From positions 3,286,001 to 3,350,000 of the forward strand of contig JAYWIR010000015.1 of NCBI GenBank assembly GCA_036172245.1: a DNA stretch of 64,000 nucleotides. The letters run 5' to 3'. The stretch's first letter is position 1. The number at the start of each line of letters is the position of its first letter. Positions 36,801-50,349 of this stretch are shown piece after piece. The position numbers and the translations under genes are program-made. This DNA comes from Raillietiella orientalis. Lineage: Eukaryota. The notes under the pieces were generated by a model. The model was not told where the DNA came from. It was given only the letters and a program-made list of their open reading frames with translations, and did no database searches.

Positions 36801-39800
36801 GTCTGGTTTTTGCGAGTTAATAAACGGAAGTTCAAAGCAAAGCGGAGAACAAAAAAAAAAGATAAAAAATAAAAAAGGAGGCGGATGCCGCCGCAGTGCT
36901 CGAGGACCAGAGGAGTCTGCGATCCGAGAGTCGATGAGGTGCGCACACACAAAGATGATGAGGAGGAAGCGTTTAAGAAACGCGTGCGTTTCAACGGTTC
37001 CATTTTTCACCCCCGTTTTTCGTCTGGCAGGAGTGACACGCCTGCTCCTAGAAATAGAAACATCTCGTTGGATCGGATGTGCATCCGGGTGGAGACTGCG
37101 GACGACGACGAAGAGGGAAATCTGGAGGACCACCCGAACGATGCAGAAGCCCCCGAAGACTCTCCCTGGATCGTCGTCGTTTCGCTCCCTCCCTCCTTAT
37201 TCCTCCCCCCCCCTCCCCGGAAGAGTGTTTCCCTGCACAGCCCGTCAGGTTTCCTTCCAGCGCGCGCGTGCGTGGATGAGGAGCTCTCCAGCCGGCGCGT
37301 TCCTAAGAACTCGAGGGTTTTGAAAAATTAGGGAACCCTGGATGAATCAGTCAAGATGGCCGAGGTTTGAGACGGAACAGAGCAGCGTAATTCAACTGCA
37401 TTAATTCAATGACTCTGGTTGTCACTCCAATAATGCGTGCTACCAAGGAGAAGAAGAAGAAAGAAAAAAAATAAAAATAAAAAGGAGAGAGCGGGCTCAA
37501 CTGGCATCCACTGTCTCGCAGCGGACCCTATCCATCAGCCTTCGTTCCTGGTTATTAACGTAACGATGCAGCATCGTGACAGCACGTCGTCGTGCACAGC
37601 AAGGGAACACGACAGGAACAAAAAGGAGCGCTTGCCAAGCGTTGCTAGCGGTTGAGTGGGAATTGCCAGTCGTTCCTTGTCGCCGTCGTCTCCCGCGACA
37701 TGGTTCCCTGAGGAAGGGGAGAGCGGAGGGAGAAGCGAAGGCTCTCACTTTTCGCCACCAAGCAGCTTACCTGCCGAATCCTCCGTGGAAGGATATCTCG
37801 CTGCAGCTGAACGCCACCTCTTTGTGTCGCGACGGAATCGACCCTGGAGGGGTGGCGGCTCCCCTCGAGCGGCTTCGAGGCGACACACGCTGCGACTGCG
37901 TCCGCGGTCTCTCCAGGCGGACCCTGCCGCATGTGGCAACGGGAGTCTACGAGAAGAATTTCTTGGAGGAAGTGGGTGAGGTTCCCATCGGGAGTGCAGA
38001 ACGATTCGATAGGAGAGCACACTTACCTTCAGGAAGCTGCTCTCGGAGGGTGGAAACAGAATGCCACCACCGTTTGAGCTCACGAAACGCTTGACGGTGC
38101 TTGATTGACACTGCACCCCGCAGGAATCTTGACCAGAGAGAAAGCACCTCAAAGATACAGCCGAGGTATCCCAAAGCGCATTTCTGTGAGTAGGCCCTCC
38201 CCAAAAGGGAGATGTAACTCTCGCTCTGAGCGTTCAGCGATCTAAAAGTCTGAGTCTTTCACACCTCGTCCTCCTGACACGTGAGGGAACGGGCCTCACG
38301 GGAGAAGCAAGATTGGTCTGTAGCAGGCGAGATACTCGGTATACAAGAAGCATCCAATCGAGGCGGTGTCGGAGTTGTGGGAAGAGCAGTAAAAGGAATC
38401 TCTTCCCGTTCCCTTCAGCAGCTTGTACCCCTTGTGAGGTGCCACTCCAGCAAGCGCAGCGGCTTCCTTCCACGAGATGTCCATGGATTTTGGACAGGAT
38501 AGCTGTCTCTCCCAAAGAGAAAAACACCTGAGAACTGAGGAGCAGAACAGTGCGACTTTGGGTCAGATCGATGAAACCGCTGAAGGGCATCGACGAGGAT
38601 CCAAAATTCGTACTCGAAACAAGCAGATCCTTTGAGAGCATCTTCCTCTTTCAGGATTTGGCTCAAACAACAGGGAAGAAAGGAAAAAGAGAGAAAGGAC
38701 AGAGTCAGCAGATGAGATGCTGAGAAGCAACAACGGCTGAGGTCCAAGTTTCCTGCTGCTGAATTTCGAGATGCTGTTTCTCTAAGTAATTGGGAACTTC
38801 TATGCATTCTTAGCTCTGCGTTCCCCTGCAAAGGAGACCGAAAGTGACTCCTGGAGGTTTCTTCTTAATCGAGAAGACCAGTGCAAGAGAACTAGGCTGG
38901 GACTGAATCGAAGGAGAGGTGCACCTTAGCTGATATGCGAATCAACGCCATGCAATGGAAAATGAGAATCCTTCTAGAGGCAACTCAAGATCATCTCTTA
39001 ATGAAGCACAGCGAGGGCTTCCGAGAGATGCTTCCCGTAAGCAGTAGGTTTTCTACTCATCAGTCTTCCTTCTACAAGAGAGCTCACGTCCACGGGAAAG
39101 TCTCATTAGGCCTCCTGAAAAAACCCTGTTTCTGGACAACGTTCTTTACGTAGGAGCTACGAAATGTAACGCCCGCGACGCCTCAAACCCGCCTTGCTGA
39201 CTCTTCTTTCTGAACAAACCATCAGTCCCGAGTAACTTCCAGCTCCGTTTCATTACCGATAATTCTGGGGATCGATGCTGGGATTGCGCCGTGATCATCA
39301 CACTGAGACGAAGAAACAAAGCGGATCTGATGACTTCGGCTGTTTCGCGTCGAAGAAGCCATATTCAACTTGGGTCAAGGACAGGAAAGATTTCGCAGTA
39401 TAAAGTCATCCGAGTTTATGAGGGTATCTACTATCGGATGCATCAGGCAGTGGCAGTCATGTTCTTTATAGTCGCTGCAGTTGTCAGATCGTAGAGGCTG
39501 CCGAGCGTGCAGGACTCTTTAGAAAAAAAAAAAAAAAAAAATGATCAAGAGAGAAAGAAAACTCCTTTGGGAAGCAGACACCGTTATCGCCAGAGTTTTC
39601 CAGGCAGTTTCGCTGGCCGGCATTCAGTTGTCCTTCTGAACCCTGTGGTGAACTGACCTCTAAAGACGGGATACCTGATTCAAGAAATACAGTTTGACAA
39701 CTTTCGTGTGTAAACAAGCTTCCTACTCTTCCTTTGGTGCAGATGACGACGACGATCTTTTCTTCTGGGGAGAAATAGAGTATCAAATGGGGTGGCGGTG

Positions 39801-39999
39801 CATTTTCAAGTGAGGATTCTTCACCCTGTTTCTACGAAAATCCCTGAAGAGCAAAATATGGCTCCGAAAACATTCAAGTGGCTTCGTCTTTTTCCAAGTC
39901 TTTTTCCTTGGAGATTCTGAAAACCATGTATTAAGCATGCGTGCGATGCTCAACAGTGATAGCTCAGGCACCACTAAGATCTGAGAGAGACCAGCATTT

Positions 40000-42900
40000 A
40001 CCCATACAGTCTTTTTTGAAACTCAGGGACTTTGCTCATGAAAGCTGCTGTTAACATCCTTCCACATGGGAGGATGCATGTCTGTGTGTAAGCGAACCTA
40101 GCAGCTCTCCAGTATGATTCCATACGTGCCGCTGGATGAACTTTTTCGTCGGAGATGCGTAACTGAACCTGAGCTTCGGAAGCTCGCTCCAATCTGGGGA
40201 CCTTATCTGGCGGTTGAACTCTCTTTACTGAAGGGTTGCGCTGCTTCGGCTGCCACTGTTCTGGAGACTGTGTCTTCAGCCTCCAGTCTACAGATCGCTT
40301 CCTGAAAATATTCTGCTGTACATGGCTTCCCCTTTGTGCCGCTTTTGCAGGCTGGAACCGATACTCACTCTCGATAAATGCAATCACTAAAGATATCAAT
40401 CAGCCTGGCTGCTGTTTCCTTTCAGATTCCTAAATTACGCGAGAGCTTGATCATTTTTTTTTCCCTAAATTCTTTGTTCTCCAGGGATCTGTTGCGAAAG
40501 CATTCACTTTTCACTTTTGAGTTCTGAACTTTAATTATGTCATCCGTAGTCTGCAATCTTTGCCTTCTGGAGGCATCCGATATCCCGTTCAGAAGTCTCG
40601 GAATGCCATCAGAATTCCGATTCCTTTGAAGCTGACTACTGCTATTCATCTTAATACAGTTTTGATCCTCCTACATATGAGCTTACCAAGAGATCTGACT
40701 TATCCATTCTTTTCAAAATTCCCGAGAGCAAATGCATATACTTTTCAGATTTCTTGTTAAGAATCCTTCATTTCCTTTGTTCCTCCCATCTATCGAGCTG
40801 CTCTGCATCTCCACTGACGAATCTGCTTCAATGGTCTCTTCCAGTCGCTGGGGTTTGCAGCTGCTGCTTCAGGTTGCGCCCTTGTGTTTGCTGACCTCGA
40901 ATGCTTCCGAGGAGCTTCTCTCTAAGAGTAGGGCCCAGTCTTTTGCAGGAGCATCCCATGAGGTGACATTTCCTACCACATCTTCAATTTTCGTCAAACA
41001 CTGTGATCAACCGAAGCACCAGATGCGAAAGAAATCTCTTTTTCCGCCATTCTCTGTCTTCTCTGAGCAGCGATTTCAACACCAAACGCAAGCACCAAAG
41101 ATTATGGATGATCTGTTGTTAAGAGGTAGACAGAAGAGGAGCGAAGGAACTATAGAAGCCTCGGAGCACCTCCAGCAATTTCATGGAGAGATCTGCTGCT
41201 GTATGAAAAGAGAGTCCCCGTGGCTGCTTTAGCGCCTCTAAAAGTCAAAATCAGCTGTGGATTATGTGTGTTCAAAGTGATCCAGAGGAAAGTAGATGTA
41301 GAAGAAACCATCTATTGAGCTGCCTTCGTCTCTTCTGAGTTCCAAATGTATGAAAGCACGGATTCAATGGAAGGCAACGTGCAGCTTCAGCAGCCTGAAA
41401 AGGAAGCATACTCGGCTTTCCTTTCGTCATACGTTCGTCCAAGGACTTTCAGTAGAGGAAAACATTTCTTCTCAGGACGTTCCAAAGTCTTTATGGTGGG
41501 CCATTCCACCTTCCTGATGACATCATGCCGGAGTGCAGTTCGCAGTGATACGAAACCGATGCATGGAGTCACTTTGATGTCTTTTTTCAAGATCCGAAAG
41601 ACCTCCAGCTGAAATCACTGCGAAATAGAGGACAAGCCTAAAATCAAGAGAACAAGAGTCTGACCTCGCAGTTAAAATGGCTACCTTTGAGGAAAGTTCC
41701 GCAGTGATAACCATGGAATCGACGGGTTGTTGAATAGTTGACCAATTGGTGAGATTAGTGCTTTTAGTTGGTGGGTTCCGCTTGGTCAGTTCAAGAACTC
41801 CGAGAACTGGATTTTTGATTTAGGAAGAAATGATCGCCTGCGGACATCCTTAAAGAGCAGTTCGCGCTCATAAAACTTGTGCTATGCATGGCACTGATGA
41901 ACAACCTGAATGCCCTGAAGAGTACTGCTTTTCTCTTCGACATTTCTCGAGCATGCGATCTGAATACGCTGCTGTAAATTTGCACCAGGTGAAAGCCGTG
42001 AGCATTTTCTCGAATATGATGCCAAATTATTCCTTCTCTGTTCGAAATCTGTCAGGACTACAGCTTTCACTTTCTCGTTCTTCCACAGCCTCCAAAGACT
42101 GATCCCAAATGATTTCTTTCGTCTTTGCGATGCGTAATTTTCGTCCAACTCCAAAACGCATCTCCCCGTCTAGAAGAGACCCTAGGAAAAATTCCTCTCA
42201 ATCCGCCATGTTCTTGGAAACCTCCCTCCGTTCCTGGTAGCTCGTGAAAGCTTTCCATCATATCGTCAAATAAAATGTTTGTGACACAGGAGGCACCATC
42301 AGCTGATGCACAACGGCCAAGCACTGCAGCCTGGTTCATGCATGGTCTGACGGAGGATTCCATGTTTTTTTTTTTTTCCTTTTTTTTTTCTTTTTTTTGC
42401 GTGTGTATACGTTTCTTGTTTCCTAGTGCGGCGTTTGAGGTATTTGCTCAAGATTGTCAAGGACATGCACTTGGGATGTGTGGAGCTGTTCGTGACATGA
42501 TTCTGAAACGACTAGAAAATGATCTTGAAATACCTCACACGCTTTAATTGGCAAACGCCTTAGGTGTATGAGTGTATGGAAATCTCTGGCTTTGCACTGT
42601 TCCAGTGGATAACAGATGAAAAAAAATTACAAGGAGGTTTCCTAGTGAGAGAGGACACCGGAAGGATGGTGGCATTTTGGAAGAACTTTTTACGTACGCT
42701 TGCGGGGAACTCTTGAGCATTTTTTTTTTTTTCTTTTCCTATTATCAAACAAGGGGTGCCAACGTCTGAGTAGCGATTCGTTCCTTTGTGAAGACATTCG
42801 GACTCCGAAGCATCGGGCCAGTCAGAGGAGGCTGCCATTGCGGATGTTATGACAACTGTGAATTCTGCCCAAAGTCACTCTTAGCTTCGAGTTGCTCAAG

Positions 42901-43020
42901 ATATTTTCTCGAGCTCTATCAGCACTATGCAGACTGAAAACGCACGCCGTTGGGCTCCGCGTTCCAGAGCAAATCTCCAATCCAGATGTTTCAATTCCAA
43001 TTTTGTGTGTGCGTATCCAT
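40000..43020 (-). mobile_element. Degenerate Ty3/Gypsy-type pol (RT-RNase H-integrase), second element
   Basis: In order. RT: HKIGIET, YLEQLE, ESCH.TA (cf. ESRH.TAF), VTNILFDDMM (cf. V.NI.DDI), EHGGLRGIF, HLGSVF, EKVKAV. RNase H: LSDLEKRHQS (cf. LSD.EKRYSQ), HHK (cf. DHK). Integrase: KIEDVV, GIPRLLNGISD, KEF..NLGI. Confidence 0.65.
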
Positions 43021-44299
43021 CCCAGTGAGTTTTCCTCCCCGAAATTAGGGACTCTTTTTAAAGAGAATTCGAGGACATGGAGTCCTTTCGGCTGCATCCA
43101 ATATCGATCTTTGGACAGCATGAAACGATGCTTTGCATTTTATCTTCAGTTACTCCATGCAGTTGCCTAACTGTTTAAAAACAGTGGTTCACTCTCGTGA
43201 TTCCAAATGGGGCTTGTTTTTGCGTCCAATTTAGCCTTTTATCATCTTTTATGCGACGACTCCTTTGCAATACTTTAGTGTTGTTTTTCCCCCGATTTTT
43301 TTCAGCAGGGTGGGCCATTGAAAAGATTATAGGGTTGTTCTGCATTTCGAATTCCTAAGCATCTCTTGGTTTGGAGAGGACCGATGTTTGCTGCTTGTAA
43401 CTTACACTATTGCAGTTGTTTTCGTGGTTGCTTGCCGCAGTGTGTTGCTGATGAGCAGGCAAGGAAGGAGATTGAATTTCCAGCGCTTCTGCATGTCAGA
43501 CAAACAGGTTTCACGCTTTGAGAGTTTGAATTTTCTCTAAGAGAAGACGGAAGCCCACATGAGCCACTGGGTTCAGCCGATCCACGACTTATTTGCCACA
43601 AAGAACCAAACAGACCACGCCTGCGTTTGTGGTTCTTTCGACCGGACCTTCGTCTTTTTCAAAATGACTCGCACTTTCATTCCCCCGACGAATTGGCACC
43701 GGCGATTGAAATTTCAGTCTTCAGCTTCCCTCTTTCTTAGATCCCCCTGAATTTCTTGACAACAAATCGCTCTTTCATGCGTCATGTGTCCGAAACACAC
43801 TTTCCTTACGCTTTGGCGAGGGAAACCGTTATTTGCATTTTTCGTTGTTTCCACGGAGTAGGAAGCCACGGTACAAAAGTTTCTACCAAGTACTGCGTCT
43901 TATTGAAATTCCTCCTGGTACTTTGGGAGTGCAGTTCTTTCAATTCAGCCTTTTCCTTCACGTTTCAGGGATTGGGCCTGTTTGCCTGCATACTGAACGG
44001 TCATTAAAAGAAATCAGATGCCATTACAATAGCAGAAATCATATGTTCGGAAAATGGAAGAGCCTGTGCTCCAAATCTTTGCCTCCGACACGTGGGAAGC
44101 CCTCTATTTCGTCCTCAGGGACGTTCTGCTTAAGCAGTGGAAGTCATCGTCAGTGCTAAAATTTATGTTTCACCGGCATTGTGTCTTGCAGAATGCAGAA
44201 AACACGTGCTATTTTAATGCCCTTTTCCCTCCTGTCACCCTAACTTCGAAGGGAAAGACTTTGTCTTTTATAAATATATCTTTAGTGTGAAGTAACTGT

Positions 44300-44900
44300 T
44301 GTTACAAAGTTGCTCTTTCTGCGGAATTTTTCACACGTTGGTGCTATGGTTACCAGCACTTGGTATCCTGATTAATCAACCCGGTGTTTGCATCAGTGAT
44401 GTGATGTGTTTGCTGGTCACATTCGAATGTCATCTTCCGGAAGACAAAACCAACAACCTCTTAGCTAATGGCTTGTGCATGTGGAGTTCAGAGCAGCTTT
44501 TTGTATGTCATTTGTGTGCCGTTACTACCGAGACATGTGCAAAGGACTTCTCGCTAATTGACGTGAACGTAATTTTCATGATAAACAAATTGATAAATGA
44601 GAGCCGATTGACCTCAAAAGAGCTCGGAAGCGTTTAGATCTCGAAGGAAAGTCATGACTTGGATTTTTTGTTTTTCTCAGAACCGGTTCCATCAACCAAA
44701 AACTTTGCGAGTCCCCTCTACAGGGATGTGAAAGAGCACGGCATTTCATCTGCAGATGATATGTCCCATGGGGTGACTTTCCATAAGCTGCACACGTTGG
44801 AGGTGTGACCTGCAAAACTGTAACGGATAAGGAGTCCTGGTTTAGTGTGCATTCTTTAGTAACCAGGCAGGGAGACGGCGCGCGATAAGCAGATGGTGCA
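44300..44900 (-). mobile_element. Degenerate APE-type endonuclease of an RTE-like LINE
   Basis: SVTVLQVTPPTCAA (cf. ITIIQVYAPT..A), TYHLQ (cf. FY..LQ), LIYQFVYHENYVHVN (cf. L..F...N..I.NT) and TPHA..EVVGFV (cf. SP.G..EIDFI). Confidence 0.45.
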
Positions 44901-45449
44901 GTGATCACGTCATGTTGCATGCTTCCAAAACCTCTACACTAAGGTCGTCTCTATCCCTGCTGAAATAGATCTGACCTATTAAGATTCAATCGCACTGGAA
45001 CGAAAGCTGAATGCTTGCCTGTGCAGAAATGCAATTCAAGAACATTCTCGTATGCCTTCTAGCAGTACGACTTCCCCGAACATTCTATCATATGTGATAA
45101 AGCGCAGCATCCTGAAAGGGCACTTTTTTTTTTTTTTTTTAGCATTCTTTTGTATTTACGTCGCGTGTCTGCTTTTATCTGCGCTTTTGTTCAATAGGGG
45201 TGCTCACTGCAAACTGATTTTGCAAGACGCAGTTAATTCAGAGGATTCTCTCTTTCCAAAAGATTCAAAGAGACATTCTACTTTTCGAATAGGCTTTTGT
45301 GGATGCAGGAGTTCTCATCCGCGGTTTAATAGCTCCTCGTTGACCACTTGGCTCTCAGTTTACGAAGACAACTATGGCATCGCCTAATATGCGTTCCTTC
45401 AAGCTCAGACATCTTGTTGATCCATCTTTCCTCTGCAGTGCTCAGCAGT

Positions 45450-46250
45450 GAGCCCTCAAAGAAGGCGCTAGTTCTAGATCAGAGAGCCCAATTTGGGGTT
45501 GGTCACTTCTAAAAGTAGGTGTTCGTTTCAAAGCCGGGAGACCTAGGTCTTTGCTACGCTCCAAGTGCTCCAAGCTGCCGTTCATGGACGCAGTAAGGGT
45601 TCGAGAACTTCTGCTTCTACCGTGCGCAAATAAGTGCTGTCGATCAAAGAATGCATCATTTCGGATTTTTCCCTTCTCATAAGAGGCTCATCGATTGCTA
45701 CTGCACTGCCAGTTTGGTTCCAAAAGTACCTCGAATCTCTGCATCTCACCCAGAGTTGGTGTTTCTTGCCGAAGTTCATCTGGTTCTCCAAATGGATGGA
45801 AAGAAGCTGACTTGGTTACGTTAGATTTCAAGCTTCCAAGATAAGGCGGATGATTCATGCACTTGTCAAGTCTCTGGAAAGAATCTGTTGATCTTCGGTG
45901 AAGAACACGGTGGTAGCAAATCAATTTTGGACTCGGTGGCAAGCACGCTGGCCGCTTTCAATCTCGAAACGACAAAGAGGAAAAGGTGGCCGCTTTCACC
46001 CAAAACGACCACCAATATCGGAGACAAAGTTCCATTTTCATGGTTTTTCTGAACCAGGGTTGTCTCGGAAGACACCGAGGGAGACAGCTTTTGGTGTTTC
46101 CGATTGCATTTTTTGCTTCTCTCCAGACGCTCGATCAGATAAGCTTATGAGGAACTCGAGACAACGTGCGCAGTCTTGCAGGATGATTAGCTTGCAGCAT
46201 GATGACGACAGCGGCATCAGTGAAATCCTGAAGAGTTAAATGTCCACGTG
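45450..46250 (-). mobile_element. Degenerate RTE-like LINE RT C-half
   Basis: DFTDAAV (cf. DFADD.V), PPYLGSL, STYLRTVEAEVLEPLL (cf. TKLRVY.A.VL..LLYG) and GS-STW. Motif spacing is longer than expected. Confidence 0.4.
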
Positions 46251-46849
46251 AGTCTTTCACAAGAACAGGTTTCCCTCATTGTGCTCCATTCCACCATTTC
46301 CATCCGTCTTCAGGTCAAGAGTCTCGACTGAAGCAGCTTCCCTTCACAATGCTAGCCAGAACGATGGTGCACTCTGACATCTTTAAGATTGATGCGTTTG
46401 TTTCCATGCATCGCATCGCGACGTTACTCTTTGTAAGCTACAAGAATGGATGTGGCGTGGAGCTTTGTGACCTGCTGCAGTCGAAACGCGGGATCATGGA
46501 CAGGATGAACAGACATTCGCTTGCAAGAGTTCTAGGAGGATTCGTGAAGAGCTGGGTGCTGAGAAGACGAAAAAATGACTCGGGGATTTCTCATACCAAT
46601 CTATAAGATAAACCTGATTTTGAGAAGAGCTACTCCTTGGATAGAGCAGCTCAGATCAACAACCAAAAGAGGATTCTGGAGATGATCTTTGCTGCTGTTG
46701 TCTCTTCGCTCTCAGTTGACGTCTCCATATTCGATCCACGGGCCGAACCTTGTTGGTAGCTCAACTGATGACCTGTGTCTAATCGCCATCATCACTTCTC
46801 CTAAGCTGACCTTCATTCATCTCTAGGAGGAGGACATTAAGGCCGGAAT

Positions 46850-47750
46850 AAGTGCTTTGTCGATGCCGTGCTCTACAGAATTCGAAAATAAGGAACGGTT
46901 GGGGGTTGAAAAACGGTTCTTCGTGATCGCTTACGGGAACAATGATCCCGAACGATTTGCGCTATCGGGATACCGTAGCGTAAGAGGTCATGAATTCAGG
47001 AGTCTCTTTCCGTATCGCAAGAACGTGGTTGCAAGCCGATGTCAAGTTTCGCGAAAAGGGCTCCAGAAAGTTTCGGAATTCCTTGAAATGAATGCACGAT
47101 TAGGTGATATTTCCAATCAACCTAGGCAAGCAATCTAAGGAGTTGTCTCTCCGTCGGCAGCAGCCGCTCAGAAAAATTTTGATGATTCTTTCTATTCTTG
47201 ATGAATAAGGTCAGGCGCAGCAGCTGAATAAAGAAAAGTTATTCATCCTTGAATCCGACGTTTCCGAAAGAGCAGCTCATGAACTGTTATGAGTCATATC
47301 GCTGCAAGGCAGCTGCCGGATGAAGACCTGGTTTTGGGCCTGCGTGACGTATTGCGGAACATCTCGCACTTCGGCTCCAGGCAAAGATGCGAAGAAACAT
47401 GTTCTTGAAATCCATCTGAGATTGCAGTGCCTTGCTTCCTTCATCGATTGCAAGACTTATCCAAGCAAGGAAAGACCGTATTTTCGTCCTTGGCTCTCCC
47501 CAAAGACTTCTCCTCACACACTCAAGGGATCTTCGAAAACAGATGGGTTGCAATCGAGAAGACGGACAAGAATGTGCGTAGAAGCTCCATTATCGGCTGA
47601 TGCGGAGCAAGAGGGTGGTTGGCAGTCAGCATTTTTATCTTCCGGCATTTCAGAGAGAAGTTACGAGCACTCGGCGAAGCCGCTTCTCGGGAAACGCATC
47701 CTCTGAGCAGCTGATCTTCACCGAATCGCACCGATCGATTATCAGTCATG
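46850..47750 (+). mobile_element. Degenerate RTE-like LINE RT N-half
   Basis: AYGNNDPE, GDISN..*GVVSPSAAAAQKNF (cf. GD.S.C.NYRGI.L.S.A.K.F), AG*RPG (cf. AGFRPG) and LASFIDCK (cf. FID..KA). Confidence 0.45.
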
Positions 47751-49717
47751 GGAAGAGCTCCGCAGGAAACCGAGGTCCAAAGCGCACCTGAATTCCTCGT
47801 TTTATGGAAACCTTCAAGAGCCAACTGGTACGCACACCGCGCTTAATTGTACTTAATTACTGCTGCCGGAAAGATCGATGGCAGACTTTCAGCTCGGGAA
47901 GCGCGTTTCCAGGGTGCACTTCGGGATTCTAGTATGATGTAAAGGTAGCGAAACAGGGAGGAGGATCTTTCAGTTTTGCCGCTACGGCGCACCGGGTATC
48001 TGTCGCTCCGTTTTCATAGCCAATAAAAGAGAGACAGGGAGGATTGGTACCAGTGCGACGTTGACTAATGCGGTTCGCAAACTCCTCCACGTCTTCCTAA
48101 AAAAATTCTTTCTGCATGGCTGACTCTGCGCTGCTGACATTTGCCAATCGCCTTTGTCAATATGACTGCACGGCTGCAGAAATTCATTATCGCTATTTGG
48201 AGCGTTCGGAAACAAAGGAAGCCCAAAAGGAAAAAGGAGAAGAGAGCTATTCGGGGTGAGGTCATGAAGATCAATAACTGAGGATTGTCGGGTATCAATC
48301 AAACGATTGGGAAAAGGAAGACGTCTCGGATGTCTGTTTTATTGGCGCCGGGGCTTCCAGGACTCGTCTTGCCTCCTTCTCACATCCGGCGAGTTGAATA
48401 GGAACGGTGACGTCATCTTCCGAGAGAAAAATTTTTCGAACCGCTTCATCGGGATAATAAGTCGAGTTACCGGCACCTTTCATGCGAGATCAAGTGATGA
48501 AAGGATGGATTTTCAAAAATAGATGCGGATGCTGGTATAAAAAAGGAGATTTCTCGCGCTGCTCAGACAGAAATACCAGCGATCTTTACTCTCGAAAATG
48601 CTATAGATATGTACAGATGGATATCCATATCGATCTTTGTCACTTCATGTGCCACCTTCGTGTCTCCTGAACACGGTGATTCTTCCAACACCTCTAAACC
48701 GAGGTAATTGGTTACCGATGAAATGCATGCTCTTGAAAGATGGGAAGGTCCTAGAGTTCTTCCTTCAAAATTGACAGCCCAGGTGCATAGTTCTTAGCTC
48801 TGCATTCTAAAAGAGGGAGTTGATCGTCCATCTCAATAGAGAAGGACGCCGAAACACTCTGCTCCCAATCAGCACCAGCTAGCTACACATCCTCCAAGTT
48901 CTCGAATCCACTTCTTGTGATTTTGGATTTGTTGCACTATTCTCTTGGCCCGAGCATACTGTTGTCTCCGATGGCCTCCAGGGGATCTTCCGTTAGCTGG
49001 CCTCTCACGGTTCGTTTACATCCGAATACTCGAAAAATTTCGTTTGTACTTCAAACTGTTTGCACTCCGCCTCGGAATCGTCACTCCGACCGGCCTCTCT
49101 CTGGTTAAAGAGTCTGTGGCTCTCCTCCGAGTGTGGTTCGGCGTCGACTCCTGCGAAGCGAGCTCTCGGCGCGTGGCTCAGCCACTCACATCTTCTTCCC
49201 CTTTCTTGCTCTCTTCACACTCGCACTCTGGTTCGGCCCTTGTGTGGCGAGGCATCTGCTCCCAGAGTTGGCTCGCGACAAAGCCTGGGAGTTGGTTTTT
49301 ACAATCTTCTCTCAACCTGGAACATCAACAAGAGAAGAGGGGACGTTGCTTGGATTTTCCTCCCAGAAACCTATAGAGGCAAAAAAATTTCCAGTGACGC
49401 AGTTTCGGAAACTCAGCAGGTGCTGGAGAACTAACACCCACTCACCATCCTCATTAACGTAGGAAGTGCCAACAGCCCAGCAAAGAGAACCCGCAGAGAT
49501 TTCAACTTCTCTTCGATTTCTCGAGCGCTCGGCTTTCATCCTGATCAGGAAGTCAACCACGACGAAAAAACTGAAGACTTTAACGGTGAGCATTCTCTCT
49601 TTGGTCCATGGTAGTTTCATTTTAGCATCTTGCTGTTGGTGAACGGATGCTTCTCCTGAAGCATCTTCTTTCTCTTCTTGACATCACTTTGAAAGCATGG
49701 GGTTCATTTCACTTGTC

Positions 49718-49735
49718 GATGATGATGATGATGAT
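49718..49735. repeat. (GAT)6 microsatellite
   Basis: Direct inspection. Confidence 0.9.
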
Positions 49736-50349
49736 GAATCATGTTTCATATCTGAGATTCAGGTACTTTTTTTTCCCTAAAATGACTTTTTAGGGAAAAA
49801 ACCTCTCAATAACTTTTTTCTTTTTGAACCTTGCCATGCTCTTGTAGTGTAAAAAGGGTTTGCATTTGTTTCTGAACCCAGAAAATCGCTGGTTTAGAGC
49901 CAGTCGAGATGGAAGTCAAATCTTGGGAGTCGTTCCATGCAGTGAAGGCGAAACTGAGATAAGAGTGGCAAGGCAAATGATTGGTCTCTTTGTCAGCTGA
50001 TCCTCTCGTCCTGGCAAGCCAACAGCCAGTGCAATCGAGTTATTTCTTTAGAATGAATAAAAAGTATAATGAGGAAGGGTCAGATGTCTTCCAGCTTCAT
50101 GAGAAAGGGAATCTGAAGTTCAGGGATGGAATACAAGTAGAGTGAGAGACAATAAATAATAAATAAATGGGAACGTGATGGGTCGACGATCATGATAGTG
50201 ATCATCCCTCCCGAGAGCTTGCGTCAGGAATGCCGAGGTGAAAGGGGACGAACTCTGCAGATACCACTGGTTAAGCTATCCGCAGTTGTCCTGAGGCTCC
50301 CTTGGTTTGGGCTATTTCTTTCCATTACGCATCAGAGCGATGAAGATTG

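Noticed and set aside
38234..38641. GFIDLTQ (- strand) and ILGIQE/GGVG (+ strand) resembling LINE motifs
   Set aside because: Isolated matches without the flanking motifs in the right order or spacing.
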